A stretch of DNA of 64,000 bases from Balanoglossus misakiensis. Its lineage: Eukaryota > Animalia > Hemichordata. The stretch spans positions 8,493,664 through 8,557,663 of the forward strand of contig CM082590.2 of NCBI GenBank assembly GCA_040954595.2. Direction: 5' to 3'. Below the pieces are notes generated by a model. The model was not told where the DNA came from, did no database searches, and saw nothing but the letters and a program-made list of their open reading frames with translations. The position numbers and the translations under genes are program-made. Shown here piece by piece: positions 1 to 13,900 of the stretch. The first letter of the stretch is position 1. The number at the start of each line of letters is the position of its first letter.

Positions 1-34
1 AACGTGTGCCTTTGGAGTGGAGGGTGCCTGCAAC

Positions 35-36
<2 letters not shown>

Positions 37-75
<39 letters not shown>
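37..75. repeat. (CAAT)n microsatellite
   Basis: Direct tandem CAAT run. Confidence 0.9.
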
Positions 76-460
76 CCAATACTCAACCAATAATACTTTG
101 TTATCACATGACTGGACAATTGACATTGCAATAGTGACAAACATGATATATCAAACATAAAAACCTGAATAAAAACACAAAATATTAAAACACCGAAAAT
201 CACATCGGATTCGTGAAAATTACGGACGGATAATTTAACAATTAAGGAGGAAAATGCAGGAGTCAAAATAAATCAGAGTCTAGTATTACCCATGGACAGC
301 TTTGGATGTGCGCATCTGATTGAAAGACACGACAACGCTTTTGAAATCAAATTTGGAGACCACGTTCAGTCCACAGTTTTGAAAATTCGTTTTTAGCAGT
401 GGTGGTCATTGAGTTTTGATATCACCGAGAGAGAGAGAAATAAGTGACTGATTTTCTCAC

Positions 461-863
461 CTCTGCCGTCATGTGCCAATATCTCAGTCTGGATGTTGAC
501 CGGTCTTTCACTGAAATGCTCTTGCTGCCTGAGCAGCGCCTGCTTGATGGCTTCATAACCGTTCAAGACCACCACTTCTTTGGTCCCCAGTTGCATCCGA
601 TAGACGTTGCCGTATTTCTTAGCCAGGTCCACCATGTCGGTCCACGGCGTTCGACTCCAGATTAAGTGCAGGTTACCGATGATCGGCAGCACCGGCGGGC
701 GGGGCGGGAGTTTCTTGCCGTTGCGGTAGTTGGACATGGGACCGTAGTTCTTGATGATCCAGGATGTCGTGATGAGAACGATGATGGCCAAGAGCAGAGT
801 GACCGGGTCGACAACAGAGAAGACATTCTGCGCGAAGACTTGAGCTTGGGCCGTGGCTATCAT
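461..863 (-). CDS. Cytochrome P450, clan 2 (CYP1/CYP2-like), first coding exon; rest of the gene lies beyond the window start
   Basis: ATG at 863. Hydrophobic anchor (VTLLLAIIVLITTSWII), proline hinge PPRPPVLPIIGNL, KKYGNVYRMQLG..VVVLNGYEAIKQAL..FSERP. Ends at a phase-1 donor DGRG G|gtgag (461/460). Confidence 0.88.
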
Positions 864-1067
864 TTTCGCACTACTTGTATTAAAAAGTCTACGATGACGA
901 TAGCTTGCTTTCAAGAGAATAAGACTTCCCCGATGGCGATGACTTGCTTTCAGGAGAAAAAAAAATCTGACTTCTCTTCTTCAGCGATCCAAACTCGGAG
1001 TCAGTCGCAACTATAGAGACTGGAACGACTCTTGTCAAATCATGCAGACTGATGCTACCCCGCCGCC

Positions 1068-1145
1068 TATATATAGCGCCTCGACGGATCCCCCACACGT
1101 GACGGGTTTATCAACCGCCGGGTATTTTTGGAACCACTTCACGTG
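1068..1145 (-). promoter_or_regulatory. Putative CYP proximal promoter: TATATATA box plus two CACGTG E-boxes
   Basis: TATATATA at 1068-1075 in GC-rich context about 205 bp upstream of the ATG; CACGTG at 1096-1101 and 1140-1145. Confidence 0.5.
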
Positions 1146-4100
1146 ATGGTCAAGCATAGCGACCGGCTGGAGTGGGGTCTAAGTGGTCGCACACGACTTG
1201 GGGTCAACCCCTGTAACCACGATCTGGTCATTCCTTCGCTATATCATTCTCTCCAAACACACAATGCAATGTTACTGACAGCAAATTTTAATACATTAAT
1301 ACCGAAGACAAGCAAACATCGGTAAATTAAAATCTATCATTTTCGTCAGAATCAAACCTGACCAAAATAATGCATAGGGAGTATAACTACTTGTTTGCTA
1401 AAGGGCGGTTAATTTTATTTTGATTACATATAACTTTGCTTGAGTGTTTATCACTTCGCCATAAAATGCCCTCACAAATACAGAATCAAAAAAGCTACTG
1501 GTCTACTTCAGTTGAAAATCAGTCAAGATTTTGCGTGATTTCGTATTATTCCTTCCGCGGTTACTGAGCAACTAGCTCTCATATTTTGGCCTTAATTTTG
1601 CGACCAGAAAATAACTTTATTTGATTGATTTTCTTTCCGTTTATTTCTTGAGCTGATATGGGAAATGACGCACCCGAACCACGCGTGCTGTTTGTTGGTT
1701 TTCAGTTGTGACGCTCAAAGAAAAAACACGTGACTAATTAGCGTCCGTATATCAATCAATCTTTGAGAAAAGTTCAGAAAACTTTACGTTATATTGAACT
1801 GAACTGAAATGAACTTCATTCGCCCTTTCAGTCTAATATTGACGTAGCATCGGAGAACACGTTTGCCGTGAGACGTTTGCGACAAAACACTGCAGCTTTT
1901 TGTGGAAAACGAAAACGATGAAATTTAAAGAACTTCTCAGTTCTACGGGGATTATTACGACTTTTGATAGTACTGCGGTTTTCATTTTAATTCCTCAAAT
2001 TCTAGACATCCTCCCCTACAAGTGAAAATGTCCACGTCTACACATTTAATCTTGCTTATAAATGCTCGGCCACGATTTCTTGAACGGCTACTTGCATCGC
2101 GCCTCAAGCAATCACCATTGGTCACGTCAGTACAAGATGAACAAGAAAAAGAGATCGAACAGCTATTTACATGTTTGGATCACATTCATGAGGTCAGTAC
2201 ACATTTTACTGTATTTTTTCAATCATTGAGACTTTAAGGCTACGTTGACGAGCAGAATCTTGGGAATTTTAGCACAGTACAGAAAGCACGAGAAATTGTA
2301 GTTGATACACAGTAAAACACTAAAAATAGCCAAAAGTTGTAGACACAGAGAAAGAAAAACAAACAAACAAACAAACAAACAGACAAAGCAACATTTGGGG
2401 ACTGTAATCAACTGATTTCGAAATATCCATACGCAGACTTGAATAATGACATATATCTAAGTGCACAAAGACGTTTCGTCCCATGACTTTGTTTTTGCAA
2501 ATTGAACTCTTCAGATCGTCCAACTTGGAGATGTCTATCACTTTGAAGCCGAAAAAAATGCACGGTTGATCACGCTGGGAAATCGTGATGGTTTCATGCT
2601 CACGTCATGAGACTGTTTTGATACGAATTGAAGTCGCTGATTTGACAGGGACGCGTGTCACGTGACCCGATTGGCCGAAACTGCCGGATGCTCTTTGGGT
2701 AATAGGGTCGGTGATTTTTCGTGATACAGTTCTTTATTTTTTGGTTAAAACCTCTCTTGAAGCCCGAAGGGGTTACATTCATTTTGTTTTCAAGAAATTT
2801 TGTACCGTACATGCGATAAACATCACATCTCATCAAAGTCCTGCTTTGGTATTAACGTTTTAATTTTATTGGGCGTGAAGTTTTCAACTTGAAACCGTAT
2901 GCATTTTTGACCAATATTTAAGTCGCACGAAAAGGCAAAGGATCCGTTTGACATAAATTTCTGTCCTGTCGAGTATTTTGCCCCATGCCTCGAAAAAAAA
3001 TAACTTTTTCACGTTTAGTTTGGAGAAGAAAATAATTGGCGCGACACAGCAAACGAAACTGGTCAGATTTGAGGTAAGCTATACAGTCGGGTCTAATCAT
3101 CACCAATATAGTCGAACTTAAACAGGAGACGATTACTGCATAAAATAACGAGTGACCATGATGAAATATAAAATAATTTATATATCTCGATGGTTCATAT
3201 TTTTTTGAAATCTTCGAAGTCTGTTATCCAACTTCAGATTTATATCACAACACTGGAGTAAAAGATAATCGGACCACTAAAGTGTATTTTTTGTTATAAG
3301 CGCGTTGCTTTCCATACCGATTCCTCGAAGACTGGGGGATATGATTTCGATTCATCGCAAGGAAATTTAACAGTGATATCGAGAAACCAAAATACTGATT
3401 CTGTTTAGTTTTGCCCAAAACTTTATGTTAAAGTTATTAATCGTTAGTCGAAAGGTGCGCATATGGCGCCACACGCAACGAAATTGCAAAGGTTCTTTTA
3501 GTTTTGCTTAAAAGTTTTTACAGGTGAGTTTTTTTCGGTGTTTGCTGGTTCAAACGATTGATATGGCCTTGGTGATTATAGAAAATCATGTCCGCACACA
3601 TTATCTGTGTTCAACGTGTTTGTTCCTCGCCACAACCTTGTAAAACAACCTTCGTTACAACTCGAGTCCTTGACAGTCTGGGCGGTGGGATTTGACGCGC
3701 CTGCGTCTACAAATCACGCAGACGCTACCTGGACGCGCGCGCGATACCGGACGCCACAAAAACAGGTGTTCTGGTAAGTGACTGGTCTTTCCTTGCGATT
3801 GGTGGATGCGCCGCGCAGTATAAGTTTCATGGGTGAAATGGATGATGGTTGTTTTAATTGTCTCATGAAACTGACATCGGAAATATTATATGGTGATATA
3901 CATTTCCGGAACTTCATAAACTGAGCGTTGAATCTTTTATCATGGATAAATTCTTGTAGTTTAGGGAAATATTGTTTCATGTACATGGTGTCGCATTGGA
4001 TAATATTTCCAGCGGCGAATATTCGTTTCACTAGTTTAATACTGTTTTTCATTCTCTGAGCTTTGTCAAGGGAGGTCGGAAGGAAGGGGGAGTTGTTTCT

Positions 4101-5251
4101 GACTACCTGGGCAACTATCGCCGTCATGGATGAGAATTCCGACAATGTGTGGTTAAAATCTCCAATATTAACGAGCAGCAAGACAGTTTAGGCATCTGTC
4201 CTTGCTCTAGACATTACAAACAAACAAATATGCCTATTTTCCCACGTGAGTTCATGGCGTTATACATGATAGCACGAGTTTGAAAACATAGTTTGTTTTA
4301 AAATGATTCCAGAGCGCACGCAGTCGGGACAGGTGGATATTTTGATCATTCTTTATTAAAGCCCCTATAGCTGCTAAATTTTTCATATTTTTGTCCACAG
4401 TAAAATATTTCAAATATATTCCCTATCATCTAAAATTCTCACCATAAAACTATTTTACTTGCATTTGCATCAGTTTGTCATCACTTGGTGACGCATACCA
4501 CGATAGCTGTGTCCTGTTTGCATGGAGGCTGATTAAATCGGGTAACACACAATTTTCTTCTTGGCCTAATCCAACCAAAGCATTCTTATTTCATTTACAT
4601 ATAAAGTACAGAATCATTGAAAAAGCATGCACTACTAGCGTGAACGAGGTTAAAACGACAAATATCGGACAATGACAAGTTTATCAGTGGAACAAACAGA
4701 CCTGAGTTTTATTTTTAGAATCGTTTGTGAAAAGACAGTGATTGAAATCTGTTTGTAACGACACTCGGGTCAACATGAGTCTCGTGTGCATGACATTATT
4801 TTTGCCCACACCTTCAAAATGCAAGTCATTGTTCCATCGTTGATACCCACAGAAAACATTGTGACGTTGCATCGCAGGCTTGTGGTCCACACTCAGACTC
4901 TAAGACAATGTCACAATTGTCCCTATCTCTCTCCTTCCACCTCTCCTGGTTGCTCTATTCTTTGATGAACTCAGATTCACACAACACTGTGTTGAACACA
5001 CCTTCGCAGTATGTACACACGTAAGACATGACAAACTGGGATTCATTCACACCAATTAGCCACAAGTCACTCGATTTAATTGGAAAATTACTTCCTTACT
5101 TAGTTGCTTAAAAAAATAAATAATTAATTACTTGATTTTAATTTATTTATTAAAGCTGTCTGTCTGTCAATCAACCAACCAAATACTCTTGTTAATTAAT
5201 TGGTTTATTAATTAAATAATTGATTAATTAAATGATTACTTAATTGGGTGG

Positions 5252-5295
<44 letters not shown>
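5252..5295. repeat. (GATT)n microsatellite
   Basis: Direct tandem run. Confidence 0.9.
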
Positions 5296-6441
5296 CAGAC
5301 AGATTTAATAAATTGATATATTGATTGAATGGTTGGCTAAACAGTATCATTGTTTTTAACTTTGTGAATTGCACCTGGGCTAATTCCAAAACTCTAATTT
5401 ATTTCCACTGACAGGTGAGACTGCAGCTGATTATGCAAATGACCACTCGCCTTGCTTCCAGAGTCACGCTGAAATTCACAAACACTCGGTCAGATTTCAA
5501 TCCAAATTTTGACTTTATTCTACCTCATACACTTCCTCATATCTTGGTCACAGCACTCTATTTATCAGTCTGTCAACAATCCCAGTTTCCATGGCCACCA
5601 TCCATTCTTAGCTACTCAGTATCTGTGACATCTCGAGAGTGTGTGATTATTTGTTCGACCTTTGTGATGCTGAGCTTTTTTTGGACACAGGCGTGTTATT
5701 AATAAAACAAGCATATTTACCAATCTGGGTGATGTATGTTGTTGGTTTGATAGCGATCTGTGATGAATAGGTGTTTGATATTGATACAATTTATTTTTAG
5801 AATTCAAGCCGTCTAGAGATACTTTTTTCATATCTGTTACTGCCCGACACAGAAGTCACAACAACCGCGATGAATGCTGCAAGTTTGTCCTAGGTGATTG
5901 AAGATCAAAACCGCGACATGGCTACAGTTGACTATGCAGGACAAGGCGGGCTATGTTGTTTCTTAATGTGAGCGATGCAAATTTGCGTGTGCGTTTGAAA
6001 AAAATCAGGTGCATGACAACTTAAAGGTAGACGGTCAACAACAATGCAAATTTAAGTTAACCACTCTTAACATGAAATGCCGAGATCCAGCCAATCACAG
6101 ATTTTCAGGGGTTAGCCATGCAAAAAAGAGCACCACCAAACTAAAACGTCGCCCCTATAGAAGTGGTTTTTTTTCAAGACACACACTTACCATGGTTGCT
6201 GGGCCAGTTAAGTCAGTGTAAAATGTTTCTCTACTCAACCATCAATGAGCCAAGACTGGTAACTGTGGTCCCAGGACTTGAGTGTGTTCAGCAATAACAA
6301 TTTCAGTCTTACATTCCTGTATCAGCATATGTTGCCCAATTCCTGTTGAGAATTAAAGTTGAACACTTTTTTACTGTAGCTGCAACCAGATGCCAAAAAA
6401 CTTGTCAGTGAAATATCTCAAAGCCTGATCATAAATTAACT

Positions 6442-6617
6442 TAAAGTCAAACCTATGTTAGTGACCACCTCTACCGGTATATAGTGGTCACTTTGTTACG
6501 GTCCCTGTGCAACTTACATACATGTGCATTAATTGATCTGTCTATAAAGACCACCTGTCTATAAAGGCGAGTTAAGGAAAGTCCCTTCACTGGCCACTAT
6601 AGACACGTTTGACTGTA
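6442..6617. mobile_element. Tc1/mariner (pogo-like) MITE, family with CAGTCAAACC termini
   Basis: Ends ta(a)agtcaaacc...cgtttgactgta; internal sequence matches the copy at 50231-50393 in reverse orientation. Confidence 0.7.
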
Positions 6618-7947
6618 TATATAATTATTTAAGTGGCCAGTCAAGGGACTGCAGTAACATGTGGGTCAATGCAGTAGTTTTACATGAGGAGTCAGTTGAT
6701 TGTTTATTTTGATTTGTAGCCAAAGATTTCAGTGAAGATCGTTGGTTTCCATTATATCTTTCCACAGAATTTCTTCGTTTCTATTGCGACTTCAACAATA
6801 CTTTCTTTCTGTCTTTTAATGAGCTGTTGAAACAGCTGAGCTTTGACAAAGTTTTTGGTGAGCAAGTAGCGTGCAGTGCCAACTGTAGAGGGCTTCACAG
6901 CAAATTTTTAACTTCTGATGTTAATAATTAATTCACTACTAGTAACTCATTATACTAGGAAGGTGGTTCATGTTGCAGTTGCAAGTCGTCACTCACTAAA
7001 AGTAAGCGATTATTATGGTATTTTTTGTATAAATGCTATATTTTAGAAAGGACAGTGTAAAAAAGTGCATGAGGTTAGGATATAATCGAAAAGAGAACCA
7101 AAACTGTAAAATTATGATTTTTTGTAATTGTTCATCTGTGTGAAAAAGTACCACAGAGGTATTGCAGAGGTCATCTGAGGTTACTTATGGAATTTCTATT
7201 TCCTTGTACTAAATTCTAAATTACGAAGAAATGTGTGTTGTTAGAGGGAAATTATTATCAAATCTTGTATTAATGGTTGTTGAAGAAAATTCACAGACAA
7301 TGCAGGCTTCGATCAGAAATTTGGAAGTATCATATATTTGCGTTGAAAGTCTAGTCAGTTCTCGTCAAAAATATTGGTGTGGGTAGATAGAGATGCACTG
7401 CACCTAAAGGTACTGGCAACAAAACATTTGATTGGTCCGCGATCATTTGGTAAAGTAGACAGGCTATGATTGGTCTACAGTGTCACAAAGCACTCCACTG
7501 AAGACAGCTAGGCTTACAAGAACGTTGTTGGGTGAAATTTTTCAGGGAAAAAAATGCAAATAAACCAGAATTAATGCAGTGTGCATGTTTGTGTGTGATG
7601 GGGCCACTGTTATTGTTGACAAATTCAATGCTGATAAAAAAGTGATTGATTCACATAATCGATTCACATGTATTTACCATAATGTGACATTGTTGGTAAA
7701 AAGTTTGTTTATTCAGAATACTTTGTTAAAACCTTTTTCTTGACATTATTTGGGGAAAAATATGTATAGATGTGTAGCTTATGAATTATCATACCAAAGT
7801 AAACAATACAAGTCTACTTGATACTGCTATTTTTTTATTTACTTGACACTGATATGTTCTTTGATAGGTGTGACAGATATATTGCGTTCTGTTGTTAACA
7901 CTTTGAAGAACTCCACACACTGAAGTGAGCTGGAAATATAACCAAAG

Positions 7948-10900
7948 ATGGCAGGATTTGACCCATTTAAGGTGTATCTTATAAGGCTGGCAGATGATAT
8001 TGTAGGTGGTGAGTGTGCATTTGACTGTTTTTACTCCAGTGACACTTGAAGACACTCATGGATGTCTATCTGTCAATATGCAGGGCTGTGACCACAGACA
8101 TTATAACTCACACAAGCCTGAACTAATTTTTATGCAAACTTGGCGCAAGGATAGTGTATGCATATGTAATCATTCATACTTCTTGTACTAATGCATGTAT
8201 CCAAGTCATTTTGTTTCATGATATAATCCCATACGGCTAACCACAGCCCACAAGGGATATTTTGTCAAGAAACTTTTTCATGTCTTAAAGTTTCAATATT
8301 AATGCATTTTGGACAGTGATTGCAACTGTAACATTGAAGTATTTCAGGAGAGCATTATTTCCAGAAAATGTTTAATGTATAATCTTTTCTTTTATGCATT
8401 AAAGATGACCTGATTAAATTGGTCAATGGACTGGGTGCTATATTGGATCCTTCAATACCTGCAGTTAAAAGGGAAGAAATTCGGACAGAGAAACATGCAT
8501 TTCTTTTGTTTGAAACGTTGTTAAAATTTGGACATTTATCAAGGGATGAACCTGAAACTCTTATTCAGCTCTTGAAAAATGCCGGACTTTACATGTTAGC
8601 AAAGCATGTAGAAGTTCGATATGAGAAAAAGTTTGACAAAGACTATCCATATGATGAAGTGACAAGAGAAGCAGAGTCCAAGACTCAAGTATCAACCACG
8701 GAATCTTATGGTAAGGACTTGCAGAATTTACTAATGTACATTTGCATTTAATACCGTAATCACCCTTAATGTTTAACCATAATTAAATTTATAGAGGCCA
8801 ATCAAGGCTTTCTTGGCCTTTATGGACAGATGTTCTTTATAGACAGATCAATTAACGCTTACATTTAATTGCTCAGGGACAAAGTGGCCACTAACACAAG
8901 TTCCAGTGCGAAAATAGATGATTTTAAGAACTGGTGGCCAAATATATGGAGATGAATTGAAAACTTAATTTGGAAAAGAAATAGTGGTCAAACACTTAGA
9001 GTGCTTACAGTATTAAATTGAAATATACTTTAAAAAGAATTCCACACACAATTAATGCACCGATGCGATTTTTCACATGATTCAGATATCTCATATGTCG
9101 GTGATGTTGCTGCTAGCAGTGCAGTTAGTTCAGCTGCAACACAGATAGAGATAAAGACAATGATGAATGATCCAGAAGGTGAAACCACAAGTGTACAACA
9201 CCACATAGACAGACATGATTTACGTTGTGCACAGTATCACTTGATGGCAAGACTGCAGACGCTATCACCTAGGCAACAAACTGATTCAGCTGTAGAGGAC
9301 ACTACAACCGCAGGTAAACTTACTTTTGAAATCATCATTTTATACGAGTATTCAAATTTTCTTCACCAGTGGAAAAGATGTGCAGAAATTATAGTGCACA
9401 AAGGCACAAGATTCGAATAGTATGGTATTTCAATGTTCGATGATAAATTCTACATTTGGTTTTACCTGTAACTACTGCCTATGAATGTATCAGTGGGTTT
9501 TTTTATTTAGAACATCTGCAATGAATGGATTATTTTATGTCAAAGAAGAGAAAAAAATCATTATTAAAGATTTGTTTTATGTTAATTATTTTATTTTGAT
9601 AGATTCTCAACAGGATGATCAACCTAGCACTTCTGATTATAAACCAACCATGAATATGCCAACTGTAGATATGTCAACCATGAAAACTACACCAGGTAGG
9701 TTTCTTAATTACCATGTTTGGTTGAACCCTTTCACTACTATGGTTTGGTCCACGTGGGTGAGAGAATTAGATTTTCTAATCTCAATCACAAGAAGACATC
9801 TGAGCCCATCAATCATTTTGTTATCAGTGCTTGAAAATTTTTAATCAGGAATCACTTCATTGATGTTCAATTATGTTGAGGGGCTATTTCATTCAAATTA
9901 AACACTCAAAAATCACATTTGATGAATTGTTGGCTGTTGCTCCATGATACTTTGATTCTTGTGATCAGTAATACAGAAATATTCAATGATAATAATTTCA
10001 GATGTTGTCATCAAGTGCCAACAAAAGTTGCAAGAATACTATGAGAGACAGTCCAACATTCTCCCCTTACCATGGTGGGATGGAACAGAGAGATTGAAAC
10101 TTGAAGATATCTACATTGAATTAGAATTACAAACCAAAGATGGACATTTCAGAGATTTTGCAATACAAGATTTATTCACAGGAACTAATAATTGTAAAAA
10201 TCCAAGACGAATTTTAATAGAAGGTGATCCAGGGTATGGTAAGTCAACTCTTTGTAAAAAGTTGGCATATGATTGGGCAAACGGCAATGTAAACTTTCTC
10301 AATTGTTTCAAACTTCTTTTTCATTTTGAATTGAAAGATCTACATGAATACCATTCAGAAAATAGTCAGAAACAAAGTCTTAAAGATGCAGTTTTTGATT
10401 GTTTGTTACAAAATGTCGAAGGAGCAGATGAGATATGGAGTTTTGTTGAAAGCAATCAATCACAAGTGTGTTTTGTCTTTGATGGACTTGATGAAGTCAG
10501 TACTGATGATCTCCCAGTGTATTTTAAGCAAATGATCCGAGAAAAAAGACGACTGCTGCCTAACTGCCCAGTAATTGTAACGTCTCGGAAAATCAGGGAT
10601 AAGAACTCTAAACAGATGTATGAGAGACAATTATTGATTAAGGGTTTTGATACAGAGAATGCAGAAGCTTTTATTAAAAAGCATATAAATGCAATGTCTT
10701 CAATGGATGAAACTGTAACACCAGAAACAGTTGAGGGTTTTATCAATGAATTGAACACATCCACCCATGACAGCATTTTGTATGGATTTTTGCAGAGTCC
10801 TTTGAATACTTTGATGTTGTGTGATATTTGGATGGAAACAAAGAAACTACCACACACAATCACAGGACTTTATAAAGAGTTAACTGATTATGTTGTAAAG

Positions 10901-13900
10901 CGATACTGTGAAAAACAAGATAACATTATTGATCCAAATAGTGATGAAATCATGGATGAAATTCTCTACTTATGTAAACTCTCATATACTGCTTTGAAGT
11001 CTGGTAAATATTCTTTCAGTGAGAAAGATATTTCAGGTCATCCACACTTACAGAAATTGGGACTTCTGACAAAAACCTCTCGACCTCCAAGCTATAACTT
11101 TTATCATTTCACATTTCAGGAATATTTTGCTTCATTGTACATTTCCAATCTATGCACTAGTAACCATAAAGAATTTGAAGATTCTGTTGCATTTTCAGTT
11201 ATTGGAGATTATTTACTTAGGAATGATGCAATGTTGAAGTTTCTTGGTGGTCACTTGCAAGACAATGTTGGTGAAGTATTCAAGGTTTGGGAGAGTAGGC
11301 CTTTTTCAGATAAATCCTTTGATGCAAGGCCAATGTTGTATGAAAGTGGTTGTGAATCTGAGGAAACAATATTTTACTGTGCTAAGTTTTTACCCAAATA
11401 TCTGAAAATAGACCTTAACGACATCATGGATAACCAGTCTGACAAATACATGCTTCATGTCAACACAGAGCTGTTGAGATGCCCAAATATTAGTTCTAAA
11501 TTCATCACATTGAATATGTCTGCATCAAATTCTATGACAACAGATATATTCAGAAAATGTTTGGACTCATTCAAAACTAAGTACCGGTATAATGAGGACA
11601 TGTGCCAGAGGACTATAAATATAGAATATGATATAAAAGAATGCGATGACAAAAATTTTGTGTGCAATTTTGATTTTATAAATGAAATATCCTCTGACAT
11701 ATTGAGAGAAGCAAGTGTCACTACTGCCAGAGATGAAGAGTGGAAATATCGAAAATATGTGGGGATTGAAGTGAGGGTTTTGAATGACGATAATTCAAAC
11801 ATGAAAAGCATTCATCTGCATAATATAAAGTGTCTAGTGGAAGGTTTGTCAAAGTTGACTGAACAATTTGACATGGATGGATTACCTGTTGAGTATTGTG
11901 AAGTTATGAAACTTTTACGCATTGAGAAAGTTTCCAACCTGATAAACCGTGTGTCAGTCAATTTTGCTGAATGTCAACAATACCAGCAAACAGTACTTAC
12001 ACAGGCTGATTGTGACCATTATAAACTATTCTTGGAATGTTCTGATTCTAAAAGTACTGACATAGACATAAACGCTTTGACAAGTATGGTCGAATGTCTG
12101 TCACAGATTACTGCCAACAAGCTTGTCATTGAAGGGTTACCTGCAGGTGATATTAAGTTCATAAAAAATGTATATGCATTATTATGTGGGAATAAGTCGC
12201 TTGGGTCAGTTGATGTGAATGCTGGTTTGAAACCATGGCAATTACATTATAAACTAAAGATCAAAGCTAGGTTTGGACAGTTTCAAAGCTTTTACAGGAT
12301 AGATACCATAAATTTTGATTTACCAAGTTTATGTGAGATGTTTTCACAGTATGCATCTGTTCGTAATGAGAAACTTTTACTAGACGTGGAAGTAAAGTGT
12401 GATTTTAAAGATGAGAACAGTGATTCTGACATGGAGACTTTGTTGAGAGGAGTGACATCAGTTGAATTTGATTATCTATTATTAGTATTCGAGAATTATA
12501 CTGACGAAGAGCTCAGTTATCGTGGTCTTGGAGGTGTAGTCCAATGTCTGTCACAGATTACTGCCAAAAATCTTGTCATTGAAGAATTACCTTTTGGTGA
12601 TATGAAATTCATGGAAGCTGTACATGAATCATTATGTAGAAATCAGTCTCTTGGATCAGTTGCCATTGAATCCAAGTGCAGTTCAGGGCAAACTAAGTTC
12701 AGACCCTTTGACAGAAGCACATTTGATTTTGAGGGGAAGCACAGTTGCTTTAAGGGCAAATACACTGTGAATACTAGGGATTTTTCTTTAATAGATTTGT
12801 GCCAGTTGCTTTCTCAATATGGTAAGATTAACAGAGTTAGGCGGGAAATTGAAGTCAGTTATGATTCCAATAATGAGAACATAAAAGCTGATATACAGTC
12901 TTTGCTGGCAGAAGTGAGTTCTGTTAATTTTGAAAAACTGTCATTGAAATTCAATATTTCAAGAGACGTAGAAACTGATTTTCTTGTTGCCACAACAGAT
13001 GCCATCCAATGTCTGTCACAGATAACTGCCAACAAGCTTGAGATTAAAGGGCTCCCAGGGTGTGACATGGAATTCATTAAAGGTGTACATACACAGTTAT
13101 ATAAGAATAAGTCTCTTGGATCAGTTGATGTTGAATTTTATGATCCAGGCGTGGAATTGTCGAACATAGGTCAACTGGTTATTAAGGCAAAGTTTGCACA
13201 TTTTAATTTCTGTTACGAGACATATAACATGAATTTTGATATTGTGAGTCTACACCAGTGTCTTTCAGAGAATGCATCTGTGAATAATGATGGACTTAAA
13301 CTAGACATGGATATTGAGTGTGATTTCAGGGACAAATCTGCAGCTGATGTACAGACTTTGCTGCAAAGAGTAAAATCAGTTGGTTTCAACATTTTATCAC
13401 TGAAATTGTCTGATAGCACTGATTCTTATTCAGATTATGATTCTTGTTCTGGTTCTGATTCTAATTGTTCTAACTTAATCACTGGTCTTGCTGGCCTAGT
13501 CCAATGTCTGTCACAGATTACTGCCAACAATCTTGTCATAGGGAGGTTACCGATAGATTGTACAGAATTCATGAAAACTGCATATGCAGTGTTGTGTGAG
13601 AGTAGGTCGATCAGGTCAGTTGATGTAGAATTGTATTGTGATGGTAACAAGAGGCAGAGGTACAGACATGTTACAGTACATGCTAGTGCCAAGTTTGGAA
13701 AGTTTGAAATCCATTTCTCTCCAGATTTTGTGAGTGTTTATCAGGCACTTTCAGAGTATGCATCCACTAATCATGATGAAGTTACTCTAGACATGAGAAT
13801 CATGTATTTTCGTGATTTGGAAAACACGATCATTTCTGACATACAGGCCTTGCACAGAAGGGTGGCCCTGGTAAAGTTTGATAGGTTGTTAATGGACTTC

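Noticed and set aside
3714-4181. 155-aa minus-strand ORF
   Set aside because: No recognisable domain, non-ATG start and no convincing exon boundaries; cannot be supported without a search.
4356-6040. Possible TTAA-type transposon ends (ttaaagcccctatagc at 4356, ttaaaggtagacggtc at 6021)
   Set aside because: No matching opposite terminus found by eye.
9986-10001. ORF-track starts MIIISD (9986, 20383) and MYWYSC (31402) as true N-termini
   Set aside because: They lie in intron sequence upstream of a conserved tttcag acceptor; upstream exons splice in frame.
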